From contig NC_069008.1 of assembly GCF_001194135.2 (NCBI RefSeq), positions 657,867 through 708,134 of the forward strand: a stretch of 50,268 bases of DNA, written 5' to 3'. Below the pieces are notes generated by a model. That model saw only the letters and a list, made by a program, of their open reading frames with translations, did not search any database and was not told where the DNA came from. The position numbers and the translations under genes were made by a program. Below, one piece after another: positions 46,301-50,268 of the stretch. This DNA comes from Octopus bimaculoides. Its lineage: Eukaryota. Within the stretch, counting starts at the first letter, position 1. Every line of letters begins with the position of its first letter.

Positions 46301-47921
46301 AAACCTCGTCCTTCTCAAAGAACTTTACCTCAACGATAACAGCATGAATCATTTTGACCAAAATGTATTCCATGGTTTACGATCTTTAAGGCACCTTGAT
46401 CTTAGCGGTAACAAGTTCCATGTGATCGAGGCACATACTCTGATTGAGTTCAGCCATATTAGAACCTTAGAGTCAATCCAGCTGGAGCAAAATCCATGGC
46501 AGTGTGCATGCGGCAATCAACAGTTCTACCATTGGCTTAATTACAATTACACTATTGTGCGTAACAGGAGAGACATACGATGTAACCACAAGATCATTGT
46601 TGATCAACGTCCGTCTGCATTTAAGTGTCAGCCGTCCTTAACCAGGAAAATCATTGTGATTGGCCTCATAATGTCTGTGATTATATTGGCATTTTGTTTA
46701 GCTTTCTTCATAAGATATCGCCGTGAATGTGTGGCCTGCATCTATGTGAAACTGGGGTTGCAGTGTTGTCGGTACCGAGATCGGTCGTACAAACCATTTG
46801 ATATCTTCCTCGTTTATGATCGTCGAGATGAAGACTGCCGCAAATGGATTGAGTCGACCTTACTACCCAGGCTTGAGTACAGTGGGAAGCATGCTTTCAA
46901 GATTTTCTATCCAGACCGCAACGCCATCACCATCATCAGAGGTAGATCTAGGGTCAGAAACGCTGCTCCAACGCCTTCCCGCAGCGTTTGCACCACCACC
47001 GCCGCCGCTGACTCCATTGCTGACAACACCACCACCGCCAAGGAGAGCAACTACAGTAATGACACAAGCAATGCCACTGTTTCCACAGGTGCCACCGCCG
47101 CCACCACCTCCAACAACACAGACCTTCCTACAGCCATCAACACCACTAACGCTGCCACAATTACTACTATGAATTACAACAACAACAATAATAACAACCA
47201 CGCGGCCACCGCCACCACCACAATTGCTTCCACAGCCACCAGCTGCACAGGCAGCCTCGTTGCTGCCATCAGCCAGTGTCGCTGCACAATGGTTATAGTG
47301 TCTCGCGGCACTGGCTCCAGCCCGTCATGCATGGCGGCACTAAGGGTCGCCGTTGCTCTCTCTAAGGGCCGGCTTTTGATGGGTGTGGGTGGAAGCAGTG
47401 GAGGTGTGTACGATGGTGATGATGACGACGACGGCAGTCATGGGAACAGGTTTGCAGGAGAGCGGGGGAGAGGAGAGCAAGGAGACGTCGACGAGGAGGG
47501 AGGAGGGGTAGGTCACCACCGACACCAGCATCCCCTACAACAACAACAACGTCATTATCATCATCACAGCCTCCAACCTCAACAGCATCATCACAATCGT
47601 TATCATCGTCATCATGACCCCAACCCCCACTATCGCCATCATCATCACCATCGTCATCACCATCAACAACAGCATCGGGTTGTGTTGGTTTTTTTCGGTG
47701 ACGTGGATATCTCGACGTTGGATGATGAGATCAAACGCCGGGTGCAGCACCGGGAGTATCTGACTGCTCGGGGCCGTTGCTTCTGGCACAGGCTGCAATA
47801 CGAACTGCCGAAGCCGGGTCCCTGCCGTGGACAAGAGCTCAACGAACACGAGGCATCAGTGGACGAGGAGACGGCTATCATACAGAACTCTGTCCTGGCT
47901 GAGTATACCTCATGTATGTAA
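43335..47921 (+). CDS. Toll-like receptor, multiple-cysteine-cluster (long Toll-type) architecture, single coding exon, ~1510-1530 aa
   Basis: In-frame TAG at 43305 bounds the ORF. ATG at 43335, or CACCATG at 43395 giving signal peptide MSVASYVLLITFALIGISHA. About 23 LxxLxLxxN repeats, LRRCT GNPIVCSCD, LRRNT CSSKCDC, about 6 more LRRs, LRRCT QNPWQCAC, TM IIVIGLIMSVIILAFCLAFFI (~46650-46712), then TIR box 1 FDIFLVY (46797), AISQCRCTMVIVS and box 3 FWHRLQYELP. A likely acceptor TTTCCAG (AG 43231-43232) implies an upstream non-coding exon. Confidence 0.93.
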   Translation: MVSTPTISHTTIATPASTNTMSVASYVLLITFALIGISHAQEQRNRSFPFQLSGAARTVLSFHYQPASECLYDINANVSICASDQPFTTSTTSATPQGQPSPSNISYIYIHCRNNPTRFSPHRSKCLCKFGNPIFPVLNNAHISDGPLELTPTVNNEQKSNTRSLDVSDMDIDGGSRIGLAASSRPHLQNGHQSEPWVNKNQQHESRSQTVPKKNFEFLPSHKPQDSSPVQPKNFIFCQVTDLTSISLHHLKSLTAVDLGSNSVRAVPSKFFVGLVNLKYISLSNNPIDILPDGVFCGLKNLTYLDLSNLHLSGYPSVAFLCHRVSPPIRYIDVSHNSIETLSTEALTTLASSLIFLNLSSNAINHIHSSAFQNSRVLRTLDLSFNRLSELPARLCQGLAALRHLYISSNRIFVLHALPLINCTRLLHLDLSSNIINHIPQHLNLSSLQLLNLSTNDLKSLTPSMFSAFPLLKQLDLSQNKIKLIEKNSFSSFPALRSLNLSRNRLEDGLNFNVIFQHLGSLTVLDLSSNVITSLGNNSFAHLLNLEHLDLSHNFLSFFNRLVFRKLSRLKELNLRANMISLLSRGAFEDLVDLQILDLSENDLVTIENEAFPQCPFTLDLSRNSLQVVPAGLKNTSIRHLDMRWNYIRKLHFQAFHDMGRLERLQVGHNRIEEAIPGAFSSLSNLKTLSLDHNKLNIDFEENIFQGLETLASINLAYNNIHRLNDIFRYPALQRVQYLNISHNPIKSIGDYLFPPTYPVRGAIRKLSLDSCNITEIIPFAFNNLENLTAISLRDNFLTRFKPFVVMSSGLSVLLHGNPIVCSCDMRWLKEQQQQQQQKRSFAMEKLSESTYHVRECTFEHSPDWKPILMTSIDEFLCVSKIECSSKCDCFAGKEAGSPLRTLCSRRLTTLPDVIASSTVQLYLDGNDFSSLGQLTSLSERKRMQTQELYLNSSQISSIGEDFLKRFPELRVLRLNKNSMLTLPAFVFGNLVLLKELYLNDNSMNHFDQNVFHGLRSLRHLDLSGNKFHVIEAHTLIEFSHIRTLESIQLEQNPWQCACGNQQFYHWLNYNYTIVRNRRDIRCNHKIIVDQRPSAFKCQPSLTRKIIVIGLIMSVIILAFCLAFFIRYRRECVACIYVKLGLQCCRYRDRSYKPFDIFLVYDRRDEDCRKWIESTLLPRLEYSGKHAFKIFYPDRNAITIIRGRSRVRNAAPTPSRSVCTTTAAADSIADNTTTAKESNYSNDTSNATVSTGATAATTSNNTDLPTAINTTNAATITTMNYNNNNNNNHAATATTTIASTATSCTGSLVAAISQCRCTMVIVSRGTGSSPSCMAALRVAVALSKGRLLMGVGGSSGGVYDGDDDDDGSHGNRFAGERGRGEQGDVDEEGGGVGHHRHQHPLQQQQRHYHHHSLQPQQHHHNRYHRHHDPNPHYRHHHHHRHHHQQQHRVVLVFFGDVDISTLDDEIKRRVQHREYLTARGRCFWHRLQYELPKPGPCRGQELNEHEASVDEETAIIQNSVLAEYTSCM

Positions 47922-47929
47922 GATAGAAG

Positions 47930-48400
47930 AACAGTACTATGGAGTAGAGGTTAACTTGGGTGATTTAGAGGAGATCGAGTCGAGCAGAGATTGAGTGGAG
48001 TAGAAGGGCTGGTGGAGTGTAGGGGTGGGAGATGTGTGGTGTATTGGAGTTTGGGTGGAGTGGAAGTGTGGTAGTAAAGTGGAGTGGACTGTGAGTGTAG
48101 GTAAAGTAGAGTGAGAGAGCGGGTAAAGTGGAATGTAGTACAAGTAAAAAGGAGTGGAGTGTATAAAGTGAAGTGGAGTGTGTGTAAAGTGAAGTACAGT
48201 GAATGTGTCAGTAAAGTGGAGTGAGAGTTTGAGTAGAGTGGAGTGGAGCGTGAGTGAAGTGAAATGGAGTGGAACCGATCACTGCAGCAGAATGTTGTCG
48301 AGTGGAGTAGGAGTCTGCACTTGAAATAGTGGAACAGGGATGGAGTGTGGGAACATGCCTTTGGAGTGAAGTAGGTTGGAGTGGAGTGTGGTTGTAGAGC
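47930..48400 (+). repeat. (GGAGT/GAAGT)-rich degenerate pentamer tract immediately after the TLR stop codon
   Basis: GTGGAGTGGAGT and GTGAAGT motifs dominate ~470 nt. Confidence 0.8.
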
Positions 48401-50119
48401 ATAAGGTCAGATCACCGCATCCAACAGATGAAAAACATTCCAGATATGACAGTCCTGCCTTTCATTCAGACATAGTGTATCTTGGACTGCCTTATTTAAA
48501 GTGTCCTTCCTTGTTGTTTTTGTTGTTGTTGTTTAACCACAGGTCAGCCCTAGTCGAATAGACCTATACTTGAAGATCTTTCAGCTATGACAATCCTGCC
48601 TTTTACACACACACACACACACACGCACACATACACATATAAGATACATACAGATAGGTGCATATAGACACATATTTATATAGTCACATACACACAAACA
48701 CTGACATAAATAAATATATATANNNNNNNNNNNNNNNNNNNNNNNNNNNNNNNNNNNNNNNNNNNNNNNNNNNNNNNNNNNNNNNNNNNNNNNNNNNNNN
48801 NNNNNNNNNNNNNNNNNNNNNNNNNNNNNNNNNNNNNNNNNNNNNNNNNNNNNNNNNNNNNNNNNNNNNNNNNNNNNNNNNNNNNNNNNNNNNNNNNNNN
48901 NNNNNNNNNNNNNNNNNNNNNNNNNNNNNNNNNNNNNNNNNNNNNNNNNNNNNNNNNNNNNNNNNNNNNNNNNNNNNNNNNNNNNNNNNNNNNNNNNNNN
49001 NNNNNNNNNNNNNNNNNNNNNNNNNNNNNNNNNNNNNNNNNNNNNNNNNNNNNNNNNNNNNNNNNNNNNNNNNNNNNNNNNNNNNNNNNNNNNNNNNNNN
49101 NNNNNNNNNNNNNNNNNNNNNNNNNNNNNNNNNNNNNNNNNNNNNNNNNNNNNNNNNNNNNNNNNNNNNNNNNNNNNNNNNNNNNNNNNNNNNNNNNNNN
49201 NNNNNNNNNNNNNNNNNNNNNNNNNNNNNNNNNNNNNNNNNNNNNNNNNNNNNNNNNNNNNNNNNNNNNNNNNNNNNNNNNNNNNNNNNNNNNNNNNNNN
49301 NNNNNNNNNNNNNNNNNNNNNNNNNNNNNNNNNNNNNNNNNNNNNNNNNNNNNNNNNNNNNNNNNNNNNNNNNNNNNATGAAGATGATGATAATTATGAT
49401 GATGATGATGGTAACGTTGAAGAAGAAAAAAAAGGAAGAAACGTGAATATATTAATGGCTTCAGAAAATTTCCGTTTTTTTTAAAATTATGCAAATAAAT
49501 TAAAATTCATTAAAATAGAAAAAACTAAATAAAATTTAATAAATAAAACAAATCACTTTGCCTCTTTTCTTTCTTTCTTTCTTTCTTTCTTTCCCCCTGT
49601 CTGCGTGTCTGTCTCACTGTCTATCAGTTTTTCCCTCTCTCTGTGCGCCCAAATCAACATCGTGAGTCGCCTGTATCGTCCAATCAGCATAGGCGTCACC
49701 ATAACACCCCGTCCTACCTTGCCCCAGCGTCGCCGTGTGGCCGTTCGACGTTTCGTTTGGCACTCCGTCGCTTACGACGACGAGGGTTCCAGTTGATCCG
49801 ATCAACGGAACAGCCTGCTCTCGTGAAATTAACGTGCAAGTGGCTGAGCACTCCACAGACNNNNNNNNNNTGATCCGATCAACGGAACAGCCTGCTCTCG
49901 TGAAATTAACGTGCAAGTGGCTGAGCACTCCACAGACACGTGTACCCTTAACGTAGTTCTCGGAGGATATTCAGCGGTCATAGGATCGCGGTTTCGATTC
50001 CCAGGTCTCAAATTACCTAGAAATGTGGTAAAGTCCATATAATATCAAAATCGTGTGTGAAATAAATAATTTTTTTACTGTGAGACGTTTCTTTTATAGT
50101 TCAGTATGCATATACATGT

Positions 50120-50268
50120 GGAGGCGCAATGGCCCAGTGGTTAGGGCAGCGGACTCGTGGTCATAGGATCGCGGTCTCGACTCCCAGACCGGGCGTTGTG
50201 AGTGTTTATTGAGCGAAAACACCTAAAGCCCCACGAGGCTCCGGCAGGGGATGGTGGCGAACCCTGCT
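50120..50268 (+). mobile_element. tRNA-derived SINE (GGAGGCGCAATGGCCCAGTGGTTAGGGCAGCGGACTCG...), truncated by the window end; fragment also at ~49975-50005
   Basis: A box TGGCCCAGTGG and B-box-like GGTCTCGACTCCC; non-tRNA body follows. Confidence 0.75.

Noticed and set aside
46798-47881. Alternative-frame ORFs overlapping the TLR tail (46798-47172 +, 46863-47201 -, 47535-47849 -)
   Set aside because: By-products of stop-poor trinucleotide repeats in the TIR inserts; no independent domain content.
49600-49760. CpG-rich stretch with a CCAAT box and a GTGAGT donor-like site
   Set aside because: Could be a promoter or first exon of a downstream gene, but it abuts SINEs and no gene body is visible in the window; insufficient support.
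49794-49937. 67-bp direct repeat in a SINE
   Set aside because: Identical copies on either side of a 10-N gap; same scaffolding artefact.

Overview
Eukaryotic, AT-rich, microsatellite-saturated scaffold with many N gaps. The SINE and transposon repertoire points to an octopus (coleoid cephalopod) short-read assembly; this is inferred, not searched. Two host genes are supported, both on the + strand. (1) The 3' part of a p70 ribosomal S6 kinase gene (RPS6KB ortholog): 7 exons at 545-586, 2034-2099, 4332-4394, 13899-14042, 14709-14816, 16653-16747 and 19214-19421, which splice to [151 protein letters not shown]|PSS...NYRRH*. (2) A single-coding-exon, multi-cysteine-cluster Toll-like receptor (43335-47921) whose TIR domain is split by two in-frame low-complexity inserts of about 100 aa each and lacks the BB-loop Pro-Gly. 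The rest is transposon debris: RTE, R4/Dong-like and Penelope-like retroelements, maT and mariner transposase remnants, Mutator- and piggyBac-type MITEs, several tRNA-derived SINE families and minisatellites. Best leads: the split-TIR Toll, two Penelope-type minimal hammerhead-ribozyme motifs with variant cores (7370-7409 and 37714-37749), an orphan promoter-like cluster with RFX, ETS and GC-box sites (26.3-26.5 kb), and signs of (TAA)n-targeted retrotransposition. Two apparent tandem duplications flanking 10-N gaps are assembly artefacts. Almost all short ORFs in the supplied track are microsatellite or gap artefacts.
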